From: Mizuhopecten yessoensis | Lineage: Eukaryota | NCBI RefSeq assembly: GCF_002113885.1 | Contig: NW_018405900.1 | Location: 1,349,392-1,413,391, forward strand | Length of the DNA stretch: 64,000 nucleotides | Direction: 5' to 3' | Shown here: in pieces, positions 36,801-50,000 of the stretch | How positions within the stretch are numbered: position 1 is the first letter of the stretch | Layout of the letters: each line of letters starts with the position of its first letter | Position numbers and translations under genes: made by a program | The notes under the pieces: generated by a model | The model's database searches: none | What the model was told of the DNA's origin: nothing | The model's input: the letters and a program-made list of their open reading frames with translations, nothing else

Positions 36801-38915
36801 GAAATTACTTTACTTTTAGCATAAATCACAAGGATTAGACGGTATTTTTAACTGTTCATCGTGTACACTGGGATCAAGTTGGAGTTCCATCTATGAAGTA
36901 CGTAAATCTATGCTGTTTAAAAAGTATTTATATTATAAATACTTTTATAAGGATTTATTGACGATGACAAGTTCAATACTGAAGGTAGCCCTAAACTCTA
37001 CTTGCGGCAAGATAACCTTTCTTTGTCATGTTACACAACGTGTGCTTGGTTTGAAGGTTACAAAGAGGAGGCTAATATACAATTATGGACTTCAGGTGAG
37101 GTCTTTCCCTGATTTACGGACCTGGACTGAACAATATTCACAGAAGCCGACGCATGACAATATTTTGACACATAACACTGCTTTGACATGTTACCCTGTT
37201 GTGATACATAACACTGTTGTGACACATAACACTGTTGTGACACAAGACACTATTGTGGCACGTGACACATTACACCGTTGTAACACATTACACTGTTGTG
37301 TCATATAAGCCTGTTGGTACACATGACACTGTTGTGTCACATAACACTGTTGTGACACATGACAATATTATGACACATAACACTGTTGTGACACAAGACA
37401 CTATTGTGGCACGTGACACATTACACCGTTTTAACACATTACACTGTTGTGTCATATAAGCCTGTTGCTACACATGACACTGTTGTGTCACATAACACTG
37501 TTGTGACACATTACACTGTTGTGACACATTACACTGTTGTGACACACGACACTATTGTGGCACGTGACACGTTACACCGTTGTGACACATTACACTGTTG
37601 GGACACATGACACTATTGTGGCACATGACACGTTACACCGTTGTGACACATTACACTGTTGTCACACGTAACACCGTTGTGACACATTGCACTGTTGTCA
37701 CACGTAACACTATTGTGTCACATAATGCTGTTTTGTCCCATTAGACTGTGACACGTTACACGGGTGTAACACATGTCACTGTATATAGTGACGCGTTACA
37801 CTGTTGTGACACGTGACACTGTTCTGTCCCATAATACTGTCGTGACACGTTAAACTCTTGTAACACATGTCACTGTATATAGTGATACGTTATACTGTTG
37901 TGACACGTGACACTGTTCTGTCCCATAATACTGTCGTGACACGTTACACTGTTGGAACACATGTCACTGTATATAGTGACACGTTATACTGTTGTGACAC
38001 GCGACACTGTTATGTCACATAATACTGTCGTGACACGTTACACTGTTGGAACACATGTCACTGTATATAGTGACGCGTTACACTGTTGTGACACGTGACA
38101 CTGTTCTGTCCCATAATACTGTCGTGACACGTTACACTGTTGTAACACGTTTCAATGTATATAGTGACACGTTATACTGTTGTGACACATGACACTGTTG
38201 AGACACATAACCCTGTTGTGACACATACCACTGTTGTGACCCATAACACTGTTGTGACACATGACAATATTGTGACACATTCCACTGTTGTGACACATAA
38301 CACTGTTGTGACCCATTACACTGTTGTCAGACGTATTACCGTTGTGTCATATAAGCCTGTTGGTACACATGTCACTGTTGTATCACATGACAATATTGTG
38401 ACACATAACACTGTTGTGACCCATGACACTATTGTACCACGTTACACCGTTGTGACACATTACACTGTTGTGACACATTACACTGTTGTGAAACATTACA
38501 CTGTTGTGACATATGACACTGTTGTGGCACGTAACACCGTTGTGACACATTGCACTGTTGTCACACGTAACACTATTGTGTCACATAATGCTGTTTTGTC
38601 ACATTAGACTGTGACACGTTACACTGTTGTAACACGTTTCAATGTATATAGTGACACGTTATACTGTTGTGACACGTGACTCTGTTATGTCACATAATAC
38701 TGTCGTGACACGTTACACTGTTGGAACACATGTCACTGTATATAGTGATACGTTATACTGTTGTGACACGTGACTCTGTTATGTCACATAATACTGTCGT
38801 GACACGTTACACTGTTGTAACGCATGTCACTGTATATAGTGACACGTTATACTGTTGTGACACGTGACACTGTTATGTCACATTACACAGTAGTGACACG
38901 TTTCACTGTTGTGAA
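33860..38915. repeat. Complex satellite built on an about 18-bp (actgttgtgacacatgac) motif, with an inverted block (about 34889-35441) and a unique spacer (about 36545-37150)
   Basis: Directly visible; polarity switches at ...actgttgtca|tgtgtcacaacag... Confidence 0.95.
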
Positions 38916-40654
38916 AAGAAATAACTGTTGAGACAAAGAACACTTCTATGTCATTTCTTTTTCAAGACATCTTTTTATTAACCAGATTGTTTATTTTCTG
39001 TGTAATTGTTAGAATAAAAAACAAAATGACAAAGATTGTTTTCTTTGTCAATTTTGAGACAAACACCGTTTAGTTTACGCTGTGGCTTATTTCAGTCTCG
39101 TATATTTGAAACAGTGACACGTGTTGCAAACGAAACAAACTTATTTTTGCACTGTTGCTTAAAATCCTTTTTTCAAATGTTCAGAGAGAAAGTACACCCT
39201 CATGAATATGTATGTCGAGCCCCTTTGAGCTTTCGTACATAACCAGTACAATTATACCTCCATTGTAATATCAGATCATGGGGATCCATAAGTTCGGTGA
39301 CATTAAATGCAGTGACGGCTTCGGTAAATTTCCACCGACCTTGACCTTGTTAACTGACCGGGGTGTGTTTACATTTCAAGTGTGGACATTGACGAAACTG
39401 TTTGCAGAGACTGAGTACTAGCCATACACTCTAAGGCTTAAAAGTCAACAAAGGCCTTGGATATAATGTGATGTTTAGAAAAACATATATCAATAATTAG
39501 TAATCAATAAATGGTACTGTATCGATACAACTAAGTGTACAAAATTCAATGTGTTTATAACTGTTTACCGGAAGCTCGATTATCCGGAATATTCAGGCTT
39601 GTTTGCAATTTCGGAATAACGAAGTCATGATAAATAAATAATCAAATATAATGTCATTTCATCGTCAGGAAAGAATATTTTTATAATAGAGAAACAAATG
39701 TATTAAAAACAACAACTGTGAGTCAAAGATTTAACCTTAATCATTCTTGTAAGCCAGAATGTAAGCGTGCAGGGGAAGGGTCTAAATGAGGAGGAAACAG
39801 GAGAACCAGGAGGCGAAGGGCGAGTGCGTTGCCTAACCGACCACCGATGATAGTCGTGGCTCATCACTGTACAGTACAATCATTAATTGCATTTGGGAGG
39901 AAAGCAAAAGACTTTGATCATGGAAATAAAAAAGTTTTTCAGATAAATGGATTCAAGACAAGGTGATTCATCTGCCCAATTTTAAAAGTATTAAAAATAC
40001 AATCAGTCCCTCAGCCTATAATGACAACTACATAAACCTGTTTATGTGTTTGTAAATGTAGATGCCGACATTCACATTGCCCTCCTATATCTCTCTTTGC
40101 TCAGTTAATTTCTACCGTTGTATCTCCAAAATGTAGAAATCGGATCACTTGGCATCTTACATTGGTACATGTCCCTGTCCACCTTTCCAGTAAGTCTGAA
40201 TATGGTCATAACTGTCACAGGTCACGCGTGCAAACATTTTCTTTCGACCAACCTCTGAATACGACGCCCTGACACAAGTACTTGCCACCATACTTGGGTA
40301 ATTGTCTTGGACAAATAAAACTATTAGCACAATCCTAATCTAGCGCAATATCTAAAGAGCAAAAGGCGCTAAAATAAGAATACCACTAAAAAAGAATACC
40401 GCTAAAATATGTACTTTTACAGCATCTAAACGAAACAGTGTTGCAATTGTGCATTATGCAGTTTTTTTGAAGTCGAGTAAACCAAATAACATGTACGAAA
40501 TGTACAAGTGTATTAGAATAAGCAATTAACTGACAATCCTAAAGATCCCCGTACCGCTGCCAAAAACTGTATCTGAGTATGGTGAACTTTTTTTTTTTTT
40601 ACTAGAATAACTATAGTTTATAATGTAATAGAGATGTGTTCAACTGCTTATCCA

Positions 40655-40885
40655 CCCGTTGTCATTATAGTGTGACCGGGCGAAATGCTGTGCTGGTTGT
40701 CTTCGGCACGGTATTTCAGTGAGGTACATGTAGCACTATAAAGTCGGCATCAGATCTGCGTTATCACAAGAAGGCAAGTACACCAACATACCCTGTTCCG
40801 GCACTCATACACACATGTACGCATACACAACACACATGAAGGCACGTCATTAAACGACCTTAGCTGTTAATAGGACATTAACTAA
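40655..40885 (+). mobile_element. SINE family A, 3' half
   Basis: cccgttgtcattatagtgtgaccgg...aagtcggcatcagatc...agctgttaataggac..aaacaaaac. Confidence 0.72.
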
Positions 40886-42703
40886 ATAAAACAAAACAAA
40901 ACCAACTGCCTATCGATTGCCTTACATAGTCACTCGATCTTTTACTGAATAGCGTATGCATGTACAGTTTTTGTGAATCCAAATTACTTCAGTTTCACTG
41001 ACGATGACTCAATATTGTCGACATAGTCTGTTTCAAGGATAGTAGTTAGGTTCATAAAGTAGAATATACCTACAACGAATCAATCCATACATTATTTATA
41101 ATTACGGAATTCAATGGGTTTAAAGTCCTATTATTGGCTAGGCCTATACCGTTCAATTTCGTTTCAAAGGCCTTCAGACGCAGGTTTGCACTACACGAGA
41201 ATGCAAACAGATCGAGTTAAAGGCGCATTGTCTGCTGTTCTTGTGACGCCAAACTGTAGCATTTACATGAAGATTTCTTTATGGATTATTTTTAATATCG
41301 AATTTAAACACGAATTAAATGTCTGACTCATATATGTCTCATAAATATGGTTTTTATTTCAACAAAATCAAATGTATTTCAACACAATGAACAGGAACAA
41401 CCAAAACAGCGAAGGGAATACATAACACATCTACATCGTCGTCTAATAACATATATTTACATTCCCTCTGCAAGTCCTTTCGCAAACACTATTTAAACAA
41501 ATTGAGTTCATTATATGTATGTTATAACACAAATTGATCCGAGTCACTTTCTATGACTGCATTTGGCTCATTTTCATTTTTCTCGAATAACGTTAAATCA
41601 TCGTAAGAATCAGACATCCGGTGACGTAAGGCTGCTCCAATCATATAGTCTGCCGGTGACGTAAGGCTGCTCCAATCATATAGTCTGAATTACGATGCAT
41701 ACAATTTAATACTTCAAACAGCAACATTTTTTTTTATTATTTGGTATATCATCATGACGATATGAACAGAAATCGGTTACATCTATTAATTCCTATATAA
41801 TTCTAACGTGAACTTAATATATTACATTTTACAGGAACATATGCTGCAAAATGATTAGTGATAAAACTACATCACCATGCCTTGTAATATTCGTGTATGT
41901 ACGTAATACTTGATACCCGATAGCAGGTCTTACAATGCTACATACATATTGAACATTTAATGTCACCACGTCAATGTATGTTAGGTACTGTATTACATTG
42001 TACCATGTTTGAACTTTAGGCCTTGTGATTGGCCAATTAAGAATCTCCCTCTCGGGTAAAGATCCTCATATCCACGTACAACGGGATGAAAGAATATTTT
42101 TAACCAGCAAAAGTTTTTTAACTGACTCTTTAATCCGGAATTGAATCAACAAATACTTCATTTTACGAAACCTTCGTTATCCGTACTTTTTATCGGACTT
42201 ACTAGTCCGGATTAATAAGGTTCCTCTCTTAGTTCCGACATTGTTTCGGGTGGAACGTTTGAGTGGTTTTATATAATTTGGTTTCTATTTATGTTTACGT
42301 TAATGATATTCTACATGCACAACCTAACATTGTACATTAATGATGTCTTACTGTGCGGTACTTTCGTTTGATTTAACTCTGTTTTGAGAATTTTAAACAA
42401 TATAATGACTACTGTCGTTCTTTTCCTCACATATACATGTAACAGTTTACAAGTAAACACTATATACAACGTAATACAATACAATAGAAAGCGATACAAT
42501 ACATTACAGTTCATTGAATGTAATGCGTAACAATCGAACGGAAATATACATATTGCAAATAAATAACGTATATTCATGTTCACACTCAAATATCCTTACA
42601 CACATTTGACAACGGGTTCGGACAGGTCGGATAACAGAGTAAATGTACGAAACGTAAAACTTAAAACTTCAGAGCGATAATTTGTTTCACCATAATTGGT
42701 TAT

Positions 42704-42760
42704 TTACAGTCTTAGCATCCTAAATGACATCGAGGCTCCTTGTCCAAGGATGGTCACGTT
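42704..42760 (-). CDS. FABP/iLBP-like gene 3, exon 4 (NVTILGQGASMSFRMLRL*)
   Basis: Acceptor ttcatttcag|, phase 0, TAA at 42706-42704. Confidence 0.75.
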   Translation of the reverse strand, partial: NVTILGQGASMSFRMLRL

Positions 42761-43240
42761 CTGAAATGAAGATAATGAGAAGGCGTTATTGCCTAGGATG
42801 AACACTGTAGCGCTGGCTGTGAGTAGCGAATGCATCATACTCAACAATTGTCGGTAAATCAGACGATAGCGATAAATCATTAAGGGTCCACGTACCACTG
42901 CCCACATCTATAACTAAGGATTGGAAACTAGCGACATGAAGTTTACTTTGATAAATCAAATCTTAAAAGAAAACCACATCTCGCGGGACTTTGATGGGAA
43001 TTGACAACTTAATATGAATTAAACAAAAAATACATTCAACGATAGTGTTCCGAGTTTCAGCTATTAGCTACCTGGTCGACGGAAGTGTCCTGGTCCAATT
43101 GTGCAATCCAGTGCTTAAAGCGGTGACAGATGATATAAAAATGTTCAAGATATCTTCGGATGGAAATCGAGGATGTCTGTATTATCTATACTTGGAACAA
43201 GGGTGGCTAGACTACCGGAAACAAGGGTGGCCGAGAGGAA

Positions 43241-43795
43241 GATGACTACAGTACTGGGAGTGAGGCTGGCTGGAATGTATACAGGAGACGAGGATGACTA
43301 CAGTACTGGGAGTGAGACTGGCTGGAATGTATACTGGAGACGAGGATGACTACAGGACTGGGAGTGAGACTGGCTGGAAAGTATACTGGAGACGAGGATG
43401 ACTACAGGACTGGGAGTGAGACTGGCTGGGATGTATACTGGGGACGAGGATGACTACAGTACTGGGAGTGAGACTGGCTGGAAAGTATACTGGAGACGAG
43501 GATGACTACAGGACTGGGAGTGAGACTGGCTGGAAGGTATACTGGAGACGAGGATGACTACAGGACTGGGAGTGAGACTGGCTGGAATGTATACTGGAGA
43601 CGAGGATGACTACAATACTGGTAGTGAGGCTGGCTGGAATGTATACTGGAGACGAAGATGACTACAGTACTGGGAGTGAGGCTGGCTGGAATGTATACTG
43701 GAGACGAGGATGACTACTGAGATCGAGGCTGGCTGGATTGTACAATGTAAACTGGAGACGAGGATAAGTTCAGTACTGAGAGCGAGGCTGACTGG
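43241..43795. repeat. 52-bp minisatellite (gatgactacagtactgggagtgagactggctggaatgtatactggagacgag), about 10 copies, in intron 3 of gene 3
   Basis: Period of 52 measured at 43241/43293/43345; decayed flanking units to about 44030. Confidence 0.93.
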
Positions 43796-44264
43796 ATTGT
43801 ATACTTCAGATGGATATGACTACACTTCAAGGAGTGAGGATGACTGAAATATCTACTCGGAAAGGATGGGTAGACAACCAGGAAAATGATGGCTGGATTA
43901 TATACTGGGAAGGATGACTAGACCACTCGAGCGACGGAGGCTGGGTTATATACGGTGAATAAGGATAACGAGGAGGGCTGGACTCTCTGCCGGGAACATG
44001 GATGACTAGGCTACTAGGAACGAGAGTGGTTGCTGATTATCAAGACTCTGACGCATTACTTTAATTCAACTATCTGACATTTAACTATAATCCGATGAAA
44101 ACCCCCTTTACGTTTCTGCACACATAGGATTCCAATAACAAAACATCCCGATTAACCAGTATCGATTTGTGATCAGAGCAGAAAACGTCCTGACCAACGG
44201 GGTTCCGCTGTATTCATGCACCTACAAAAGTGTCGAACACGCAACGATATGATCAAATACTTAC

Positions 44265-44378
44265 TACGTCCATCACATCCCCACTGACTGTCCGCTTGGT
44301 CAGAGTCGAATTTCCACTCGGGTCGGATACTGGCTTGATTTCCTCTATCCACGTATCTCCTTCAATGGTATTCGTGAA
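44265..44378 (-). CDS. FABP/iLBP-like gene 3, exon 3 (FTNTIEGDTWIEEIKPVSDPSGNSTLTKRTVSGDVMDV)
   Basis: Acceptor tttttcag|, donor GTA|GTAAGT; 114 nt; T-x-R-x-V-x-GD-x-M motif. Confidence 0.88.
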
Positions 44379-44635
44379 CTGAAAAATATAGAAAAGCGTA
44401 CAATTGTACACATGACCCCTTCCCCCGGCACGTACAATGTAGCATTTGTAAGGATTTTAAAATAAATAGCATTTAGACATCATCACAAACAAGCCACTTC
44501 CGTTGTCGCGCGCATCATTTTAATACAAGCTAACGTTTCTACAAATTGTAGTTTCTAGCAATCGGCATGACAGACTACGGTAACAACGGCTACGAAAAAT
44601 CAATTGTCTTTTATCAGTTACCAAGACGTACTTAC

Positions 44636-44811
44636 ATTCTGAATTGTGCCGTCAATTCTTTCCGATTCAACTTCTTGCCCTAGTTGGAATTCATGGATCC
44701 TCACAGGCATTCCCTCTAGACTGGACTTCGACATCCACGTATTCCCTTGTCGAGATAGTTCTAGTATGGCGAATTTACCCTTTACCATCTCTTGAACGTT
44801 GACCGGTACAT
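44636..44811 (-). CDS. FABP/iLBP-like gene 3, exon 2 (DVPVNVQEMVKGKFAILELSRQGNTWMSKSSLEGMPVRIHEFQLGQEVESERIDGTIQN)
   Basis: Acceptor tttcag|, donor AAT|GTAAGT; 176 nt, phase 1 to 0; FQLGQE..DG signature. Confidence 0.9.
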
Positions 44812-44941
44812 CTGAAAGTAGACACGTCTCAATATTAATTATAAGGCATAGTTTGGAAGATGAGCCTACGACACACACACGTTTTACTAGACATTTAAAA
44901 TTTGATACATTTAATAGATAAAATTAACCAAAAATGAATAA

Positions 44942-45020
44942 CACTTCACCATACAACTGCTTTGTCCTTCTGGGACTCATAGTGATGCTAGGGGCCAAAA
45001 AGGCGGAATTCCCAATTGGT
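44942..45020 (-). ncRNA. Degenerate hammerhead motif, dispersed family copy 2 (intron 1 of gene 3, sense to the gene)
   Basis: ggcccctagcatca-CT.ATGA-GTCC-cagaa-GGAC-.AAAGCAGTTG-TA-tggtg; single-base losses in both core boxes. Confidence 0.5.
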
Positions 45021-45804
45021 TTAAAGTACTGCTGAAACAGAAGGGGATGGCGTAAAAAACCTTAAGTACTTGAATGTCAAACACTGAAGTAGTACTTTAT
45101 AGCTGATATATTTGTGAGACGGTATTCATAACATTTGGAGATTTACGAACTCCGTCTTAATGTCCCCTAAAGGACCCCTGTATCACTGCCTATAACTGTA
45201 AATATGCATTGAAAACTGCATTTTCCGGCATGGATATATCTTTGATAAAATCGTTTATGAAAAAAGAACCATATCTTTAAAATAAATTGCGGACATGCAT
45301 ATAAACGTTCGTCATCTATCATTTAGCATTATATGATATGATCAAAACTGTTTTTAGCAATAATTACGAACGACTACAACAATATGGCACAATCACAGGT
45401 CTTCTGGAAGAAGAGCATTTTCCCTAGCGCAAAGGTGTTCGCAACCTTGAATAACATCAAAAACTGACCAATCGCTAGGTGGATATCTGTCCTTTGAACA
45501 CACCATCAATATCAAAGCCGGTCAAATTTACAATTGCGCTTTCCATGTCATTCTTTTTATTTAAGCATCTTAAACTTCGACGACATAGTTTCTAGACTAA
45601 TCAACACGCATACGTATCATCCGCAAGATGGCCCGATACGAGCCTTCGATTTCGTCATAACATCTTTCACGGGTGAAGATATAGAGCGGAACCCTTTTAT
45701 TTCGACGATGACTAAAATGAAATAGGATATTAAAAATAATAAGCCATCACCATAATTAAAACGTTTAAATATAATAACAAAGTGAGTTGGTGGTAAGTAT
45801 TGTT

Positions 45805-46180
45805 GATACAATGTAACGATTCTTGTAATTAAATGAGTTTCCATTTCATATGAGATTTAGGAAATTCGTGACGAGTTTCATATATTTCATATGAAATGAA
45901 AACAAGTGTAAGATCCTTTTTATCACATAATCAAGATTTGTGGCATTTATTCGTGTAAAACGACATTTTTTTTGCAACCTTGAAATGTAAAAAACCGCCA
46001 TTTAAACTCGTTTGCATAAGTCAGTAACGTCATGTGCTTGTCCTAGGCGTGACGTCATAATTGAAACAATTGAAACTTACAACCAACCACAGGGCTGATA
46101 GGTCATATTACGTGGGTTAATACGCAAACAAATATGACGCGGGTACATCCACTGGATAACACAGTACATTATGTGATAAA
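45805..46180. mobile_element. Probable non-autonomous element with palindromic boxes (atttcatatgaaat; ttatcacataa...ttatgtgataa), Crypton-MITE-like
   Basis: Inverted boxes are visible; the family assignment is from recollection only. Confidence 0.35.
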
Positions 46181-46392
46181 TTGTATTATTAATTAAACAT
46201 TCGAGGTCAAAATTTAGAAAATACATCAAAAATTACGAAATAACTTTACAACCACAAAAAGGTGCGATCCCCTTCCCCTCTTAAAAGTGTTAGATGCAGC
46301 AGTCGTGACATGTTTAAACAGGAGTAAACTTAATTCTCAGCTCCATGGGGTTCGTTAAAATGTGTTTCACATATTTAAGATTCGTATCTTAC

Positions 46393-46474
46393 CCGAAACA
46401 GCAATAAATTCAGCGTAACCTCGGACCTGACCAGACACTTCTTCCGCTCTCCATCTACCGACGAATTGAGACAT
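46393..46474 (-). CDS. FABP/iLBP-like gene 3, exon 1 (MSQFVGRWRAEEVSGQVRGYAEFIAVS); full CDS 82+176+114+57 nt = 142 aa
   Basis: ATG at 46474, F-V-G-R-W motif, phase-1 donor G|GTAAGA. Confidence 0.9.
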
Positions 46475-46849
46475 GTTTTACTTCACCGTAAAATAAACAC
46501 CAAATACCGATGTATTTTGCTTTTAAGGCTACAAAACACAGGAAGGTGTGACAATATGTGTCTTAAAAAGTACCAGTTTCAACTCGCAAATATTTCCTTC
46601 ACCTGATGTCGTGTTGGTGAATACTTATGATACAATTCTAAACGGATGTGCATACGGGATAGTCATTTACATCCTTCTGTTCAGGAATAAATAAATAAGT
46701 AAGTGTATTATATAATTTATTATTTATTATATTCAAAACACGCACGTGTCATCTTGATTGGTGTTCCGAGTAGTATTTGACTACGTAATTATAAGTCCAT
46801 GCCTGTTTAGAAAGACTGTATCGCTATACATTGTTTCAGCATAAGACGA

Positions 46850-47020
46850 GTTTGTTTGTATTTTACGTCCTATTAACAAATATGGTCATTTAAAAACGTG
46901 CCAGGTTTTGATAGAAGAGAAAAACCGTAGTTCCCGGAGAAAAAACACCGACCTGCGGCGAGTACCTGGTGCCAGCTTCACGTATAGGTCTCGAACCCTT
47001 GACCCAGTGGTGGAGGGCTG
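46850..47020 (-). mobile_element. V-domain-like tRNA SINE sharing the family A tail
   Basis: Reverse complement gggttcgagacc...gcaggtcggtgttttttctccgggaactacggttt...aaatgacc..gttaataggacgtaaaa. Confidence 0.65.
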
Positions 47021-50000
47021 GTGATGTTTTAGTTTCCATAATATTTTCACCTGTCGATAATATGCATTTCCTTATACCTACTGCTATGAACAACCATGCT
47101 ACTTTGAATACTGATAGTTTTCTAGAATTAATTACTTTTCAAATCTCACCAGCCCCTGTCTTTCACTACCTGTATCCTTTATCGTCTGTTGAGATATATA
47201 TATATTGATTTATTGTCCTGACGAGCAACGGAAATAGGGTATGCAAGTATCAAGTCCACTTTACAGACGTTGAGAGTAAAGTTATCAATCGGCTATGTAT
47301 GATTTTGTAACTAGACACACGTAACGTCTATGGCAATTTTGTAAACACACCTTTTGCCATGACGTAGCCTCCCTGCTAAGTCTGTGTGTTTCTCCTTTGC
47401 TCTTTGCAGTATCTCTCTTGGCGCCCGTTGTCATATTGCCATTACTATTAAATTTTACGTCACGACGTCACAATATTGAATAACTTGAATAAAAATAAAA
47501 CGAATCATGCGACAGTTGCCCGTTGAGAAAAAAAATGCAAAATAATCACCAAAACATGTTTACACTAATAGTTGACCCTCTATATCAGAGATTTACTATC
47601 GTAATGCAGTAAACAAAAGGAAATAAACATTTATATCACCGAAATGGAGGTAGAAATAAGTGTATTAAAAGGCACTTGATCAATCTGGTCTCATGAGAGT
47701 AAAATCAGCAGATAATGAAACAGCTTGTAACAAAAACACAACGATGATGCTCGCCATAGAAATCTAGGTCAAATACAAGTAATGTTAAGTCCTCAAAGAG
47801 AGAATCGGGACATTGTCAACAAATCAGTAAGGCAGACTGAATGTGGAATTAAAGGTCTTTGAAAGGTTTTTGTTATCAGTCCTGATAACTTATTTAATAA
47901 ATTCAGACCCTATGGAGACAAGTTTATCCTCAGGTCATTCCATCTTGACTTTTGTCGTGTTTTTCACAAATACGACCTAAAATAGTTCAAAACCGCATAT
48001 CAATATTTCCGTCCACCTTCCATGAAAAGGTAATATCCCTATATAAGAGAAGTCTGCATCCCTATGAAGGTATGGTAGTATAATTAATTTAAAAATCATT
48101 ATTGATCAAAAGACCTCTTTAGTTCTTCAAAATCTAAATTCCATAGATAAATTCAGCTTCTGGATTATACATTGTCGAAATAGGAACGTAAGCATGATTA
48201 AACGGTCAGATCAAACAACACGACGGTTTTTGTAAGGATTGTTGTAGTGTTTCGGAATATAATACAAACGAAGCATTATATTTATAAAATGATATTTTTA
48301 GGAACGACTGTAACGCAGAAGCAGAACCAATATTTTGTCCTCGGGAAAATTTGAAAATTAAATTCATTCTATTTGCAAGCAGGAGTTGTAATATTGTGGT
48401 TCGGACATCAGAATAAAGAATTACAATGGTCAGTTAACCCACTCCGGAAGTACACACATTCAGCCTACTCTTGTTTCGCACCTCGTCAAGCGTAGTCTTT
48501 CACATAGTTCATCAGTTTCTTGAAATCTATTATCCAATTCATAGCTGTAGTCTCTCGATAGTTTTGACCCTTCATAAATAGAGCATATCAACTTTGTATG
48601 ATCTAATTATATTAGACAAACCTTGATTCATGCAAAAGATGGAATCACACTAAACAAATCCAGAAAATGATGTCTTATGATTCCTATCTAGAGTTGTGAG
48701 TCATCATGATTGTTTTCTGCAAAACGAAATTGAAAAAATATATATACCTATTGATCATCACTAAATATTTCTGCCACGATCTCGAGGACATACTGTATGC
48801 TTTTTAAGATTATACAATTAACATGAAAACTCACTCTGAAGGACAAAACCTATATTTGGGCATGTTTAAACACCAACGCAGGTAGTGGTGTTTTCCTATT
48901 AGGTGAAGCGGCTGCATGTATTTCGCAATATGTGTTTAATTGCACAATATACATAAGGGTCAGAAATTAGAACGGTGATGTCACAAACGCTCTCACATAC
49001 CATCATACCCACAGCTATCACACTGAACAAACAAATTGACCTACATTCATACAGATAACGTACATGCCAGTTTTAAAACAGAAAGATATAGAGCACAATG
49101 TCAGAAAGACACAAAGACGCTAATGATTATTAATACTTTATGCATATAAAAAAACCTTCTTTTTTTTTCATTTTCTGATATTTTTTCATACCGATTTTTA
49201 TTTGGGCATTTAACTGCTAGCGAAATTCATTGAATTTGCCTTTTTCCAGTTGGAATTCATATTGCCTATGAATACAAACTGATATCAGTTCAGTACTTAT
49301 ATTTACCATTTTTTGGAATCTGTTCATCTCATAGGAAGTTATATTCCACTTATTATTATTCAGCATTTAGTTTAAATAATGTATGAATCGTGTATGCTTG
49401 TTCAATTAATAGAACAGCCATCGCCCAGGGAGGGTCAGTGGTATCCAACGTAACATTATGATGTCATTATAATGATGACGTCAACGAAAAGTCAATGGTA
49501 TTCATAGTCTATATGAATGCCAACTGAATTTGGCAGGGTTATATAGTCTCAAAATATTTTAGCCCATTGATTGACGTAGTCTTATACATAATCTATCAGT
49601 TTCCTGAGCAGAACATTTTTGATTACTTCATGTAAAGCTGTATGTCGTATGGAACACTATGTAGATCACCAGTTATAACATGTCTAGCAGGGTCATTGCG
49701 GTATGGAGATGCAGAATAAGAAGATACTGAAGGAGTATTTAATTCTGAGGTCATCTGAGTTCAGCTGTTGTAGCGTTGGATTATTGCTGGAAAGTGTGAG
49801 AGCAATGGGTTTTAAATAACTGTAAAATGATTGGTTTACGTTTATATAGATCTATGTGAACGAATCTATTAACAACTTAAAGCAAAACGTTTTTGTTTTT
49901 TTTTAAAAAAAAAATGCTCATATCGTTTAGAAAAATACTTTTAAAGAAGAATAGGTCGCTTCTAACGAATCTATATTGTGTTAGCATATTAATATTTATG

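Noticed and set aside
33803-38607. Cys/His/Thr/Val-rich ORFs resembling metal-binding proteins
   Set aside because: Translations of the 18-bp-motif satellite; no splice or start context.
41618-41687. 35-bp perfect tandem duplication containing TGACGTAA (CRE-like)
   Set aside because: Only two copies, downstream of gene 3; no evidence of function.
47700-48700. Possible ancient LINE reverse-transcriptase remnant (minus-strand LYSDVRT, DFSYIG)
   Set aside because: Only isolated short motifs; no continuous frame or YADD motif could be seen.
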